A DNA stretch of 64,000 nt from Escherichia phage EI-SP-GF, in sequence record OR992645.1. The stretch is one strand, 5' to 3'. Shown here in pieces: positions 27,170 through 37,616 of this stretch (its first letter is position 1; every line of letters begins with the position of its first letter). Below the pieces are notes generated by a model that worked only from the letters and a program-made list of their open reading frames with translations, ran no database searches and was not told the origin of the DNA. The translations under genes and the position numbers were made by a program.

Positions 27170-28375
27170 ATGATTTTCATCTACGAACACTTCAAAACTC
27201 GTAAAGAAGCACGCGACCGCCGTGCAGAACTTGAGAAGAAGGGTTTCACATGTGCCATTGAGAAAGGTGACACAACCTGGACACTGGCAGTTGGTGCCCC
27301 AGAGTTGTTCGATCCTGACCGTGACAGCGTCTGCTACACCCGTGAGGATTTTGAAACCCGCGAAGAGGCCCGTTTATTTCGATACGGTCTGGAAGATAAC
27401 GGTAAGTACGCTATGATCTTAGATTTAGGCGAAGGTTCCGTTAAACGTTGGGGCGTGGTATACCCACTGTGTGTTGTTCACGGTGTGGGGTTCACTGGGG
27501 TAGCAATCAAGTCAGAAGAACCTTTAGTAGAAGTCAAAGATCCGGTGCTGGAGGTGGTGAGCAGTGTGTCTCAGCAACAGACTCGAAGCATCGAGCCTTT
27601 GGTGGTTATTTGCGGGGAACTCCTCCAGATCACCTGCAACGAAGGCATTTTTGAAATTCGCCGCAGTGAAAGTGAGGAAGTTTACCAGAAAGTCTTCGAC
27701 CATATCTCTGTTCAGGAATATGACGAGGCAATTGGTGAAATCCTTGTCTGGCTGGAACGCAAGAATGAGTTCACCACACTTGCAGACAACCTGATCATGA
27801 AAGATGGTAAGCTCTACTACTACGGTGTAGAGATGCGATCCACCATTGCAAAGAAAATTGAGAAAGATTATGCAGACGGAACACTGGATGACCGCTATGT
27901 GAAATTCCTCGTTCGCCTGCTACGCAATCCTTCTGCAAAATCTGTAAACATGCTCTACGATTTTATGCAGGCAAACGACATTCAGATTGCAGAAGATGGT
28001 CGAATCATTTGCTACAAAGGGGTTCAGTTTAACGGCGACAAGTGGGTGGATTGGCACAGTGGTAAAGTCCCACAATACCAGGGGGCTTTTGTATCCATGC
28101 CTCGTAACTTTGTAGAGGATGATCCGGAAGCTGCATGCTCTTATGGCCTGCACTGTGCCAGCAAAGAGTATGCAAAGAGCTACGGAACTGTGATGACGGT
28201 TATGGTTGACCCTGCCGATGTAGTTAGTGTACCTTACCAACACAACAGCGCCAAGTGTCGTGCATGCCGCTACGAAATCGTAGTAGCTCCAGAATCACGC
28301 AAAGATGGCGACCCAATTGAGTACGTGGTTGACCGCGACGGTAATACTATCGACATTATCTACGAGGAGGCGTAA
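27170..28375 (+). CDS. rIIB-like protein (assigned by synteny only)
   Basis: ATG with AAGGAGA RBS, directly downstream of and coupled to the rIIA-like gene; no motif recognised. Confidence 0.4.
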   Translation: MIFIYEHFKTRKEARDRRAELEKKGFTCAIEKGDTTWTLAVGAPELFDPDRDSVCYTREDFETREEARLFRYGLEDNGKYAMILDLGEGSVKRWGVVYPLCVVHGVGFTGVAIKSEEPLVEVKDPVLEVVSSVSQQQTRSIEPLVVICGELLQITCNEGIFEIRRSESEEVYQKVFDHISVQEYDEAIGEILVWLERKNEFTTLADNLIMKDGKLYYYGVEMRSTIAKKIEKDYADGTLDDRYVKFLVRLLRNPSAKSVNMLYDFMQANDIQIAEDGRIICYKGVQFNGDKWVDWHSGKVPQYQGAFVSMPRNFVEDDPEAACSYGLHCASKEYAKSYGTVMTVMVDPADVVSVPYQHNSAKCRACRYEIVVAPESRKDGDPIEYVVDRDGNTIDIIYEEA

Positions 28376-29745
28376 TGGAAAAAGGGCAGTACGATGTAGG
28401 CACAGATGCTGCCCTTGTTGCAATCATGAGTGGTGAGAATGTCTTCGTAAGTGGACCTGGTGGAACCGGGAAGACATATCTTATCAACATGATCCAGTCC
28501 ATGTATGGAGACTCTTGCATAACGGTTGCCCCGACAGGGGTAGCCGCTTTAAACGTTAATGGAGCAACAGCGCACCGAACTTTCGATCTTGCCGCAGGTG
28601 TGAGCATGGAGTCAGACTGGACAGCAATAAGGGCAAAAACAGCAAAGCCTCTGAAAAGCAAGGCATTTACCATCCTAATTATCGATGAAATTTCTATGAT
28701 CCGTGCTGACAAGTTCATAGAGATGGATAGAAAACTCCGCTTTCTTCGGAAAAATGACAAACCTTTCGGGGGCATTCAGGTGTTATTGTTTGGAGATTTC
28801 TACCAAGCACCTCCGGTTGTCTCTTCTATGGAGAAGGAAGCCTACTTCAACTTCTACCACACAGATCTGTGTTGCTATACAGAGTCTTGGGAGGATCTTA
28901 ATCTTCACAATATAGCTTTAGTAGACCAGTTCCGTCAGGAATCTGTTCGCTTCGCCACAATGTTGAACTGTGTTCGTGAAGGTCGTCGCATAAAAGAGGT
29001 TGTAGCAGAGCTTAACACTCGTTGCTATCATGGTGGTGTCCCAACCGATGCCTTGACCATCTGTGCCACCAATAAGCAAGCAGAAGAGGTGAACAGACGT
29101 TTCTATGATGCCATCAAGGCCCCAGAGAAGACCTACATTGGTAAAATGAAAGGTAAGTTCCCCTCCACACTACCTGTGGAGCAGGAAATGAGGCTGAAGA
29201 TAGGGATGAAGGTTATGATAACCTCAAACGATGTTGACCCGACACACAAAGTTCCGTACTATGTCAACGGGACACGCGCCACAGTGGTAAAATTCAAGAC
29301 CAAGTCTGTGGTGGTTGAGCTGGAAGACGGGACACAGGTTGAAATCGAGCCGAGATTGTGGGAGAATAACGAGTACAAACCTTCCCAGAGGTACAATATT
29401 GCCGAAAGGAAGATGGAGAAGTTCATAGAGAGGGTTGTGATCGGGTCTTATGAGCAACTTCCTTTGAAATCTGGGTACGCAGTAACATCGCATAAAAGTC
29501 AAGGACTTACGTTAGATTGTTACAACCTAGACCTCGGAAAGAACGGAGCTTTCTCTCCCGGAATGACGTATGTTGCCTTGAGTCGGGTTAAGACGATACA
29601 AGGAATAAACTTGTTGCGTCCATTAAGAGAGGTGGATATTATTGTTGACCCGAGAGTCGTAGAGTTTTATAATACAACTTTCCCTGGCTTAGACGAGAAA
29701 GTCAGGAAAGATTTTGAAACTAGAGCAGAAAAGGGGGACGTATGA
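28375..29745 (+). CDS. Dda/Pif1/RecD-like superfamily-1 DNA helicase
   Basis: Walker A VSGPGGTGKTY, Walker B ILIIDEISM, C-terminal VTSHKSQGLTLD motif typical of RecD/Pif1-type helicases. Confidence 0.7.
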   Translation: MEKGQYDVGTDAALVAIMSGENVFVSGPGGTGKTYLINMIQSMYGDSCITVAPTGVAALNVNGATAHRTFDLAAGVSMESDWTAIRAKTAKPLKSKAFTILIIDEISMIRADKFIEMDRKLRFLRKNDKPFGGIQVLLFGDFYQAPPVVSSMEKEAYFNFYHTDLCCYTESWEDLNLHNIALVDQFRQESVRFATMLNCVREGRRIKEVVAELNTRCYHGGVPTDALTICATNKQAEEVNRRFYDAIKAPEKTYIGKMKGKFPSTLPVEQEMRLKIGMKVMITSNDVDPTHKVPYYVNGTRATVVKFKTKSVVVELEDGTQVEIEPRLWENNEYKPSQRYNIAERKMEKFIERVVIGSYEQLPLKSGYAVTSHKSQGLTLDCYNLDLGKNGAFSPGMTYVALSRVKTIQGINLLRPLREVDIIVDPRVVEFYNTTFPGLDEKVRKDFETRAEKGDV

Positions 29746-30083
29746 GTTTGTGGAGAAATATAGTTAACTACGTGTGCGGTAATCCAAATCCTGAAGAGAA
29801 GGATGTTGTGATTCACGATTTTACTAAAAGATCTCGTGAAAAAGACCTCCTGCTAACAAAGGTGATCGATAAAGACCCTGCAGTAGGAGATTGGGCAGGT
29901 TTTGCGTTTACATCTGACAAATACACCTTTAACAAAGGTGACTACCTTGTTGTGGATTTTAACGAAGACATCGAGGGTGCTGAACCTTACTATCAGACCC
30001 TTATCGTTGCAGAGTGTGTTGAGCTCTCTGCAAACATGCACAGTTTGATTCTTTTTGAGCTTGACTCTGAAGACCTTCAGTAG
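29742..30083 (+). CDS. hypothetical protein
   Basis: 113-aa ORF, ATGA overlap with the helicase gene. Confidence 0.4.
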   Translation: MSLWRNIVNYVCGNPNPEEKDVVIHDFTKRSREKDLLLTKVIDKDPAVGDWAGFAFTSDKYTFNKGDYLVVDFNEDIEGAEPYYQTLIVAECVELSANMHSLILFELDSEDLQ

Positions 30084-30143
30084 TAAGATGTGAGTCTAAA
30101 GGGGAGGCACTCCTCCCCACAAAAACTAAGGAAGCACTAAACG

Positions 30144-30446
30144 ATGAAACGTTATAAACCATACACTTTTGAAATCGATTTCGAACTTGACGATATGTTT
30201 ACTGTGGAAGCTCAGGCAGTTGTCCAGTTGCCAGACCCGGAGTGCCGTGATTCTGATGTTGACTATTACGGATTTAGACAAATTACCGATGTGCATGTTT
30301 ACCACAACGGTGAAGAGGTGAACTTCCACCAACTGCCAAACGATATGCGCCACTCAATTTACAAACGTGCAGCCCGTGAACTAGAGTCCTATCTGGATGC
30401 AGCGACGACAGCAGCTGCGTTTGCGGAAGAAGTAGGAGGTTTCTGA
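30144..30446 (+). CDS. hypothetical protein
   Basis: 100-aa ORF with AAGGAAG RBS. Confidence 0.4.
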   Translation: MKRYKPYTFEIDFELDDMFTVEAQAVVQLPDPECRDSDVDYYGFRQITDVHVYHNGEEVNFHQLPNDMRHSIYKRAARELESYLDAATTAAAFAEEVGGF

Positions 30447-30841
30447 TGATTACAGGTGTGAAGATTATCCAATACCACTTAACCAAATTGGAGGATGCTG
30501 AAAAAGAGCTTGCAGAAGTTCTGAATAGTGGATATACTTTGCTATCATGCGCCTGCTCAGACACCTACGCTGTGTGGACACTTATCCGGAAGGAAGAGCC
30601 TGCGGGGATCTTGGTGCCAAACCCTAAGATCATTAGTGAGGTGGATGACTACGCTCAGGACGGCCTTCCAGAAGGCTGGGAAGTATGGGAAGGTGGTGAA
30701 AACCCTGCGCCAGGTAAGTGGGTAAAATACAAACTACGTAGCGGTGCACAGCACGCTGGATACTCTGATAACCTGGACTGGAGTCATTCTTCACCGGAAT
30801 CATTGGTAAGTGCATATGATATCATAGCTTTTAAGGAATAA
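30446..30841 (+). CDS. hypothetical protein
   Basis: 131-aa ORF coupled to the upstream gene. Confidence 0.4.
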   Translation: MITGVKIIQYHLTKLEDAEKELAEVLNSGYTLLSCACSDTYAVWTLIRKEEPAGILVPNPKIISEVDDYAQDGLPEGWEVWEGGENPAPGKWVKYKLRSGAQHAGYSDNLDWSHSSPESLVSAYDIIAFKE

Positions 30842-30853
30842 GGAGAAGGCGGT

Positions 30854-31336
30854 ATGTCAGATTTTATGTGGAAAGTGGGTTATGCCTCTCCTGAAATGTG
30901 CGAGGCTTGCTTTGTAAAAATAGGCCGCGAGGATATTGACAAAGTAATCTTTAAGTTTCGTGATGTATCTGTGATCGGCAACCGAGTGCTTAAGCACTTA
31001 AAGAATCTGAAGCTCACCAAAAAGAAGTTCTTCGGACTTTTCGAAGAGAAAGTTGATGCTTGGACCCATTGCATTCAGGAAGCTAAATCTCACTACAGTG
31101 CTATCGTTACCCCAGAACGGGTAGCCAAGATGGAAGGATTCATCAACAGCACAGAGTTTGAGTGCCTAAAGGCTGCCCTTGATAGCTATCCAAAGTGCCT
31201 CAAACACCTTGACAAGTATGTAGAAAAGGATGGTGAAATGTATCTCACTCTGGACGCATACTATGAGATGCAAGAAATTTTAAATTTAGATTTGACATTG
31301 GTATCCACCGAGTATACAATAGGTATCCGGGTTTAA
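30854..31336 (+). CDS. hypothetical protein
   Basis: 160-aa ORF, RBS AAGGAGAAGG; terminator downstream. Confidence 0.4.
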   Translation: MSDFMWKVGYASPEMCEACFVKIGREDIDKVIFKFRDVSVIGNRVLKHLKNLKLTKKKFFGLFEEKVDAWTHCIQEAKSHYSAIVTPERVAKMEGFINSTEFECLKAALDSYPKCLKHLDKYVEKDGEMYLTLDAYYEMQEILNLDLTLVSTEYTIGIRV

Positions 31337-31341
31337 CACTA

Positions 31342-31370
31342 GGCCCTGCCCGAAAGGGTGGGGCTTTTTG
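31342..31370 (+). terminator. Rho-independent terminator (copy 1 of a duplicated 22-nt hairpin)
   Basis: GCCCTGCCCGAAAGGGTGGGGC followed by TTTTT; identical hairpin at 42142. Confidence 0.55.
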
Positions 31371-31387
31371 CATTAGGAGACAGCAAA

Positions 31388-32152
31388 TTGAAATTTATCT
31401 ACAAAGACCACTACCACAAAGGTGTTGTGTGGAGTCTATTTGACGGGTCTGGTGGTGCAGTTATTGACTGGGCAAAAGCTGGGTACCTGTGCCTGTGCTT
31501 TAATGCAGAAGGTGCTGACCACGGTAGTTATGCAGAGGTGATAACCGATCATCCCAATATTCACTATGTGGATTATTGGATTGACCCATGGTTCCCTCAG
31601 GAAACTTTTTGCATGTACCCAGCTCCAGACTTTATTCTTGCATTTCCTCCGTGCACGCATTTAGCGGTGTCGGGTGCTGCACATTTTAAGAAAAAGCTGG
31701 CTAAGGACCCCCTGATCCAAATTAATGCTGTAAAGGATGCTCGGGTTGCGGAAGAGCTGGGAGAGATTTACGATTGCCCGTGGCATGTAGAGAATCCTGT
31801 TGGTGTTATGTCCACACTGTGGCGCAAACCTGATTACCGTTTTCATCCTTCTGACTATGGCGGGTATTTACCGGAGGATGATGTAAACCCCTGGTTTCCT
31901 GAATTTATAGCTCCACGTGATGCCTATCCAAAAATAACTTGCGGCTGGATAGGTAATGGATTTATAATCCCGGCCACAAAACCTGTCCCGCAAATAGTTG
32001 ACGCGGTTAGCGGGTATTCCATGCAACACGCCAAGCTGGGTGGAAAGAGTGCAAGAACGAAGATGATCCGAAGCCTCACACCACGTGGCTGGGCAAAAGC
32101 CGTATTCTTAGCAAATGAGCCTGTAGTAAGGAGCAGAATTAATGGGAAGTAA
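31388..32152 (+). CDS. C5-cytosine methyltransferase-like protein (short, PCT variant)
   Basis: Motif I-like SLFDGSGG, motif IV-like FPPCTHLAVSG, motif VI-like HVENPVG in canonical order; TTG start 7 nt after AGGAGA; only about 254 aa. Confidence 0.45.
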   Translation: MKFIYKDHYHKGVVWSLFDGSGGAVIDWAKAGYLCLCFNAEGADHGSYAEVITDHPNIHYVDYWIDPWFPQETFCMYPAPDFILAFPPCTHLAVSGAAHFKKKLAKDPLIQINAVKDARVAEELGEIYDCPWHVENPVGVMSTLWRKPDYRFHPSDYGGYLPEDDVNPWFPEFIAPRDAYPKITCGWIGNGFIIPATKPVPQIVDAVSGYSMQHAKLGGKSARTKMIRSLTPRGWAKAVFLANEPVVRSRINGK

Positions 32153-34220
32153 ATTTATGGCATCTGCATACAACCGTTTCGGTGAGCCAAACCCGAAAGC
32201 AACTAAGTATAAAAGTGGGGGAAGTGTGAAACGAGACTATCGTGATGAAAAAGAAGTTGAAACTGTAGAGACTGTTTTAGAAAATACTAAAATTGTCCCT
32301 GTTCCACAACAAAATATCGGACTGATGGCTGCACAGTATTTCGGTGTACGATCATCCCTATCCCAAGAGGATGGTGTAACTGTTACTGCCACCTACTTCC
32401 CGTATTATGACCGCTACGGTAATCTATCTGGCTTTAAAAAGCGTGACTGGACAATCCCTAAAGAGCAAAGGGGCCATTTCTCAGTTGTTGGCATAGTAAA
32501 AGCCAACTCCCAGATGTTTGGTCAAAAGCTGTGTGCATCTTCCAACAACCGTAAGCAGATTAACGTTTGTGAGGGAGAAGGTGATGTTATTGCAGCATGG
32601 CAGGCTGCATATCAGGTGCAAGTAAAAGGAATTCTCACCAATGCTAAAGCCCCAGCGAAGGTGGAGCAGTGGGCTAAAGAGGTCCAGGATGGGATCGATG
32701 CAGTTATCAACGGCGGCGATCTTGCAGGAAAACCCTGCCTACCTTTTGTTGGAATTAACTGCGGGTGTGCAAACGCAGTAGACACTTTTGCGAACAATGA
32801 GAAATTTATCCGTAGCTACGGAACAGTAGTCCTTGCAATGGACAACGATGCAGCTAACGAGGTAGAGAAGCAAAAACACGTTATCAAAGGTGTTGAAGCC
32901 ACACATAATATCGCGGCATTTTTGATGGCTGATAACGTTTACCACGTGGAATACCCCAGTGAGGTAAACGACCCTGACGGTGTAAAAGATATCCGTGACA
33001 TGCTGAAGGCTAAAAAGCTGGAAGATATTGTCAACATGTTCCGTCACCCAGTCAAATATGTGCCTGATGCTGTATCTGATTTAGAAGACTTCTCCATTGA
33101 ATCTCTTCGTAAGAAGACTTCTAATGGCGTAGATATCAGCGCGGAGTTCCCTAAATTGCAGAAGATGCTGAAAGGACTTCACAAAGGCACCTTGATGATG
33201 CTGACAGGCCCATCTGGCGGTGGTAAAACAACTGTAGCCAAGAAACTAGAACACTGCATTGCAAAATACTTGATGGATCCTACATGCCCTAAAGCCGATG
33301 ATTATGAAGAGGATGATCGCCTGTGTCTGATTCACCTTGAAGAGGACCCTGAGGAAGCAATTAACTCTCTATACGCCAACCAGTTGGGGTTTGATGTTAA
33401 AGAGTTTGTTGAAGACCCTAGTCAGTTCCTGACTGATCAGGAGCATGCTGAGATTCACCAATCTTGGGCCAAGGCTGGAAAAATCAAAGTGTTCAAGCAT
33501 TTTGGGTCTATTCCTGTAGATGAGTTGATCACTAAGCTTAAACAAATGGTGTGTCTGTATCACTGCCGTTATATTGTGCTGGATCACCTATCCATGGTAA
33601 TTTCAGGGCTTAATGTTAAGGATGAGCGAAAAGAGCTGGACATGGCTATGACCCAACTAGCCGCGTTCTGTAAGCAGTTTAATGTATTTATCTTGGTGAT
33701 CGCTCACCTGAAACGCACAGAGATTGTGCCTCCAAAGGACAAGGATGGGAATCCGTTACCTTTCTGGTATCCTGTACGAAAAGAGAACCTTCGAGGTAGT
33801 GCCGGATTGGAGCAACTTAGCTGGGTAGTTGTTGGGGTGGAGGCAGAAGAGATGGTGGATCGTTCCCGTGGACGTGTCCGACTGGTAGGTCTTAAAAACC
33901 GCCCAGCAAAAACGTTAGGCATTGCGGATACCTTAGTTATGGATCCTCACACAGGTAAGTTCCATGATGCCAGCAATTGGTACTGGGACAAAGAAATGCA
34001 GATGTTCACAGACGGCGAAGGCGGGGAGGTTGTTTGGAGACCTCAAGCTATGTTTGAGGATCAAGAGCACGCAGTTGTAGAAACACCTGTAGGTAGGGTT
34101 GTGGCTGATAAGGTTGTAACTCCTACTGTTAACCCTGTTGACACACAAGAAGACCTTCCGTATGATGATCCGTCCTCTGACCCTGTTCCCGGTTTTGAAG
34201 ACGATGAAACACCTTTTTAA
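32142..34220 (+). CDS. primase-helicase (TOPRIM primase fused to DnaB-like helicase)
   Basis: TOPRIM-like CEGEGD and LAMDNDAANE; helicase Walker A LTGPSGGGKTT and Walker B YIVLDHLSM; arrangement as in T7 gp4-type proteins. Confidence 0.65.
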   Translation: MGSKFMASAYNRFGEPNPKATKYKSGGSVKRDYRDEKEVETVETVLENTKIVPVPQQNIGLMAAQYFGVRSSLSQEDGVTVTATYFPYYDRYGNLSGFKKRDWTIPKEQRGHFSVVGIVKANSQMFGQKLCASSNNRKQINVCEGEGDVIAAWQAAYQVQVKGILTNAKAPAKVEQWAKEVQDGIDAVINGGDLAGKPCLPFVGINCGCANAVDTFANNEKFIRSYGTVVLAMDNDAANEVEKQKHVIKGVEATHNIAAFLMADNVYHVEYPSEVNDPDGVKDIRDMLKAKKLEDIVNMFRHPVKYVPDAVSDLEDFSIESLRKKTSNGVDISAEFPKLQKMLKGLHKGTLMMLTGPSGGGKTTVAKKLEHCIAKYLMDPTCPKADDYEEDDRLCLIHLEEDPEEAINSLYANQLGFDVKEFVEDPSQFLTDQEHAEIHQSWAKAGKIKVFKHFGSIPVDELITKLKQMVCLYHCRYIVLDHLSMVISGLNVKDERKELDMAMTQLAAFCKQFNVFILVIAHLKRTEIVPPKDKDGNPLPFWYPVRKENLRGSAGLEQLSWVVVGVEAEEMVDRSRGRVRLVGLKNRPAKTLGIADTLVMDPHTGKFHDASNWYWDKEMQMFTDGEGGEVVWRPQAMFEDQEHAVVETPVGRVVADKVVTPTVNPVDTQEDLPYDDPSSDPVPGFEDDETPF

Positions 34221-34278
34221 TGTTTAACCAAGAGTGGGAGGGGTAGTACAACCGCCTCCCCTTTAAGGAGAACTGTAT

Positions 34279-37056
34279 ATGAGTATGTGGTCTTTCGACC
34301 TGGAGGCCTCTGGTTTACTAGAAGACCTAGATCTTTATTATCACTGCGGCTTGTTTAAAGAGCTGAATAAGAACCGTTTTATGCTGTTCCTTCCTCTAAA
34401 TGACCGCACACACTACTCTGAAGAGGATATAGAGAAGGCTAAGAACTTTATTCTGGCAAAGAAAACTCTTTATAAAGATTTTGAAGTTCGCATAGCAGAT
34501 TTTTCAGAGTTGGAAGGTTGGCTTACAGGCAATTCTGACTGGTCACCCACAGCTTTGAACTGCCACAACTGCTACAGCTACGACTTTATGCTGATGGAGA
34601 GATTGTCCGGTATTCATTTTGATATGTTCCGTGACCCTAAGTGTATGGGGACTATCAACGACCACCAGGTTAATCTGTTTGATACGTTGGCGATGAGCCG
34701 AATCTTGTGGCCTGATCGCCCTTTACCAAAAGGTTGTCCGGACTCTGTATTCAACCCGGTTACTAAGAAAATGCAGCCTGTTGGTCCTCACGGACTTATG
34801 GCATGGGGCTACGCCCTTGGTAACCAGAAAGTTCAAATTGATGACTGGCGCGATCTTCCGTTGTGGAAGTATGTGGATCGTGTATTCGAGGACGTTATCA
34901 TCCAGGAGCTGCTCTGGAAAGAGCTGGTAGCGGAATCAAAAGGTGTATTCTACGGCAAATCTGACATGCAGAACTTTATGTACGATCCAGCCAAAGAGAA
35001 GCCGAAAGGGTTCAAGAAGATCACCTGGAAGAACGCATTACGTCGAGGCATGCTGCAGCACTTCCTGATGGAGCTGCAGGCCCGTCAGGGTGTATACTTC
35101 GACATAGATGGAGCTATTGCTTTACGTGACCGTTGCGATGCGTGGATGAAAGAAATAGCTGATCGTGTTGAACCACAACTGCCTTTAAAAGAGCTGTCAA
35201 TGTCTCAGCGGCCCAAGTTCCCTGAAAAGCCGTTTAACCAAGACGGGACAATCTCTAATAATGGTTGGAAATGGTTAAAAGATAAGCTTGGCTATCCTGT
35301 AGACATGAGCGCTTTAGAGTTCAAAGCCCCGCCTAAGAGAGCATTTACCTCTACAGGGGATGTCAGCAAGATGGGGATAAAATGGTGTGAAGAGATGGGC
35401 TGCAAAGACCCCGATAAGATGGCTGATTTCTTGAGAGGCTATATTAAGGGCACTTCCACACCACACCCTTTGCCTAAAGAGCTGATGGATCAGGCAATAA
35501 GTGATCTACAGCAGAAGCGAATGCCGGACTGCAAGATACCTATGAAAATCAGCAATCAGGACGACATTAAGCGGTATCTGATCAGCGCTGGCTGGCTCCC
35601 GACAATGTGGAGAACTAAGGATGTAACTAAAGACAGCAAGAAGAAAGCTCTACCTGATGCAGATGTTGATGCACGAGTATATGCTTATATGGACGAGCTT
35701 TTAGAGTCAGAGTATTGTGACCTAATTATCAACTTCTGGAACAAAACTGATGCTAAGTTCCAGACAACCGTGCACAAGTTCCGAAGCTTTCCTAACTCCG
35801 AAAGGATTAAAAAGGAAGTGTTCGGGAAAATACGTAGAAAAGCCAGGGCACTTATTACTTCTCCGCAACTGAAAGATACGTTTGGACACCTGTGTCCGAA
35901 TCTTGAAAAATTGAACGGAGAGATGGCTAAAGATATCGTCTTGTGGTTATCATTGCGAAACCGCAGATCGGTCCTTGACCCAATCAAGGAGGATAAGGTT
36001 GATACTGGTCTTCTTAATCACCCACGTTTGAAGATTGACCATAAGCTTCCTGCTAAAAGTTCTGGGCTAACAAACACTTCCAGACAGAAACACAGTATTT
36101 GTGCAAACATGCCTAAACCATCTCCTAAAGTGGTTATGGGTAAAGAGATGCGTAGTCTATGGGGTGTTCCTCCTGGATACTTTCAGATCGGTATTGACGG
36201 GTCCAACTTAGAGCAGCTTATCGGGGCTTGGGGTGCCTTTGAGTTCGACAACGGCCTGTATTATGATGTTGTAAGTAACGGAGACGCACACCAAAACAAT
36301 GCTGAGGCATATACAAAAGTAGCAGGCAGAGAGGTGTCCCGTAACGACGGTAAACCTATCACGTATGGTGTTATGTACGGGGCACAAAAAGATAAAGTTG
36401 CAGATATGCTGGACATCTCTCCAGAGTTGGGGCAAAGGGTAATAGATGCACTTTGGGATGCCAACCCCGGTCTTAAGGGGCGCAAAGAGGATCTGGAGAA
36501 ATTCTGGGAAGCAACAGGTAAGAAGTTTATCTACTCTTTTGACGGTCATGCTATTTGGACACGCTCTAAACACTCTTTGCTTAATGCATATCAGCAAAAT
36601 GGCGGTGCATCACTGTGTGACCTAGTTGGGATACTCATGCACCACCAGATGGTGAAGCGTGGATGGTATGATGAGGGTGTTCGTCGTATTATCTATTACC
36701 ATGACGAATATCAGCTTCAAGTGCCTGACACACCTAAGTATAAAACCGTATACACCTTCGACACAATTGAAGAGCTGGAAACATTTAAAGCCCAACAAGA
36801 GGCTAAACTTCATGTGTTCGACGGTCATAAGTACAAAAAGGCACGCAAAGATGAGGACGGAAACGAAGTGGTTGACAAGGATGGAAATACGGTATACGAT
36901 CCTATCTTGAACGATGACGGAAAGCTTGAACTTATCTGGAGCCCTGTGGGCGAAATGGTGGTGCATTGCTTCTGGCAGGCTTCTAAAATGATGGGCGTTC
37001 CGTTCCAGATCACAGGTGAATACTTGTGCGGTCGTAACTGGGGCGATTGTCACTAA
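34279..37056 (+). CDS. family-A DNA polymerase with 3'-5' exonuclease domain
   Basis: Exo I-like FDLEASG near the N-terminus; motif B-like R..GK.ITYGVMYG; motif C YYHDEYQ; 925 aa. Confidence 0.75.
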   Translation: MSMWSFDLEASGLLEDLDLYYHCGLFKELNKNRFMLFLPLNDRTHYSEEDIEKAKNFILAKKTLYKDFEVRIADFSELEGWLTGNSDWSPTALNCHNCYSYDFMLMERLSGIHFDMFRDPKCMGTINDHQVNLFDTLAMSRILWPDRPLPKGCPDSVFNPVTKKMQPVGPHGLMAWGYALGNQKVQIDDWRDLPLWKYVDRVFEDVIIQELLWKELVAESKGVFYGKSDMQNFMYDPAKEKPKGFKKITWKNALRRGMLQHFLMELQARQGVYFDIDGAIALRDRCDAWMKEIADRVEPQLPLKELSMSQRPKFPEKPFNQDGTISNNGWKWLKDKLGYPVDMSALEFKAPPKRAFTSTGDVSKMGIKWCEEMGCKDPDKMADFLRGYIKGTSTPHPLPKELMDQAISDLQQKRMPDCKIPMKISNQDDIKRYLISAGWLPTMWRTKDVTKDSKKKALPDADVDARVYAYMDELLESEYCDLIINFWNKTDAKFQTTVHKFRSFPNSERIKKEVFGKIRRKARALITSPQLKDTFGHLCPNLEKLNGEMAKDIVLWLSLRNRRSVLDPIKEDKVDTGLLNHPRLKIDHKLPAKSSGLTNTSRQKHSICANMPKPSPKVVMGKEMRSLWGVPPGYFQIGIDGSNLEQLIGAWGAFEFDNGLYYDVVSNGDAHQNNAEAYTKVAGREVSRNDGKPITYGVMYGAQKDKVADMLDISPELGQRVIDALWDANPGLKGRKEDLEKFWEATGKKFIYSFDGHAIWTRSKHSLLNAYQQNGGASLCDLVGILMHHQMVKRGWYDEGVRRIIYYHDEYQLQVPDTPKYKTVYTFDTIEELETFKAQQEAKLHVFDGHKYKKARKDEDGNEVVDKDGNTVYDPILNDDGKLELIWSPVGEMVVHCFWQASKMMGVPFQITGEYLCGRNWGDCH

Positions 37057-37107
37057 TGTAAACTATCAACACACGGAAGTGTTGTTAGACAAAGAGAGGA
37101 GACTTTT

Positions 37108-37392
37108 ATGGTAGTAGAACCAACAAAAACATTTACCTCCATGACTATCCCTGTCATTATGCAGGTAGAATGCGTTCAGGTGTCCCAAGTATGGCCCGGT
37201 ACTAAAATTCCAACAGGACCTGATTTCTTTCAGGTTGGCAAAGTGTACAATGTCTGGAAGGCACCAGATTGTTATCCTTTCATTAAAGATGACCGTGGAA
37301 TGCTGTGGTATCTTGGAAATGATTTGACACTGCACCTTGGGAATGCTATTATTGCAGTATTCAGACTTAACAAGAAGGAGACTGATCAATGA
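37108..37392 (+). CDS. small protein, member 1 of a tandem paralogous family
   Basis: Shared pattern GKxY...KDD.G..WYL with the next two genes; RBS GAGAGGAGA. Confidence 0.4.
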   Translation: MVVEPTKTFTSMTIPVIMQVECVQVSQVWPGTKIPTGPDFFQVGKVYNVWKAPDCYPFIKDDRGMLWYLGNDLTLHLGNAIIAVFRLNKKETDQ

Positions 37393-37616
37393 CGACTTTG
37401 GTTAAAGCTACCTTTGTAGAAGAAAAGATGACAGACCTGTCATTCTTTAAAGAAGGAAAGACCTACGAGGTTTATTACGATAAAGCTCGTGCAAATAAAA
37501 TGATTAAAGACGAGGAGGGTATCTCCTGGTATATCTCCCATCTGGCAAATGGTGAGTATCATATCTATGGAACCACCCTACTTGCCAAGTTTGTAGCTGT
37601 TGAAGAGGATCTATGA
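37389..37616 (+). CDS. small protein, member 2 of the tandem paralogous family
   Basis: GKTYEVYYD...KDEEGISWYIS; ATGA coupling. Confidence 0.4.
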   Translation: MTTLVKATFVEEKMTDLSFFKEGKTYEVYYDKARANKMIKDEEGISWYISHLANGEYHIYGTTLLAKFVAVEEDL

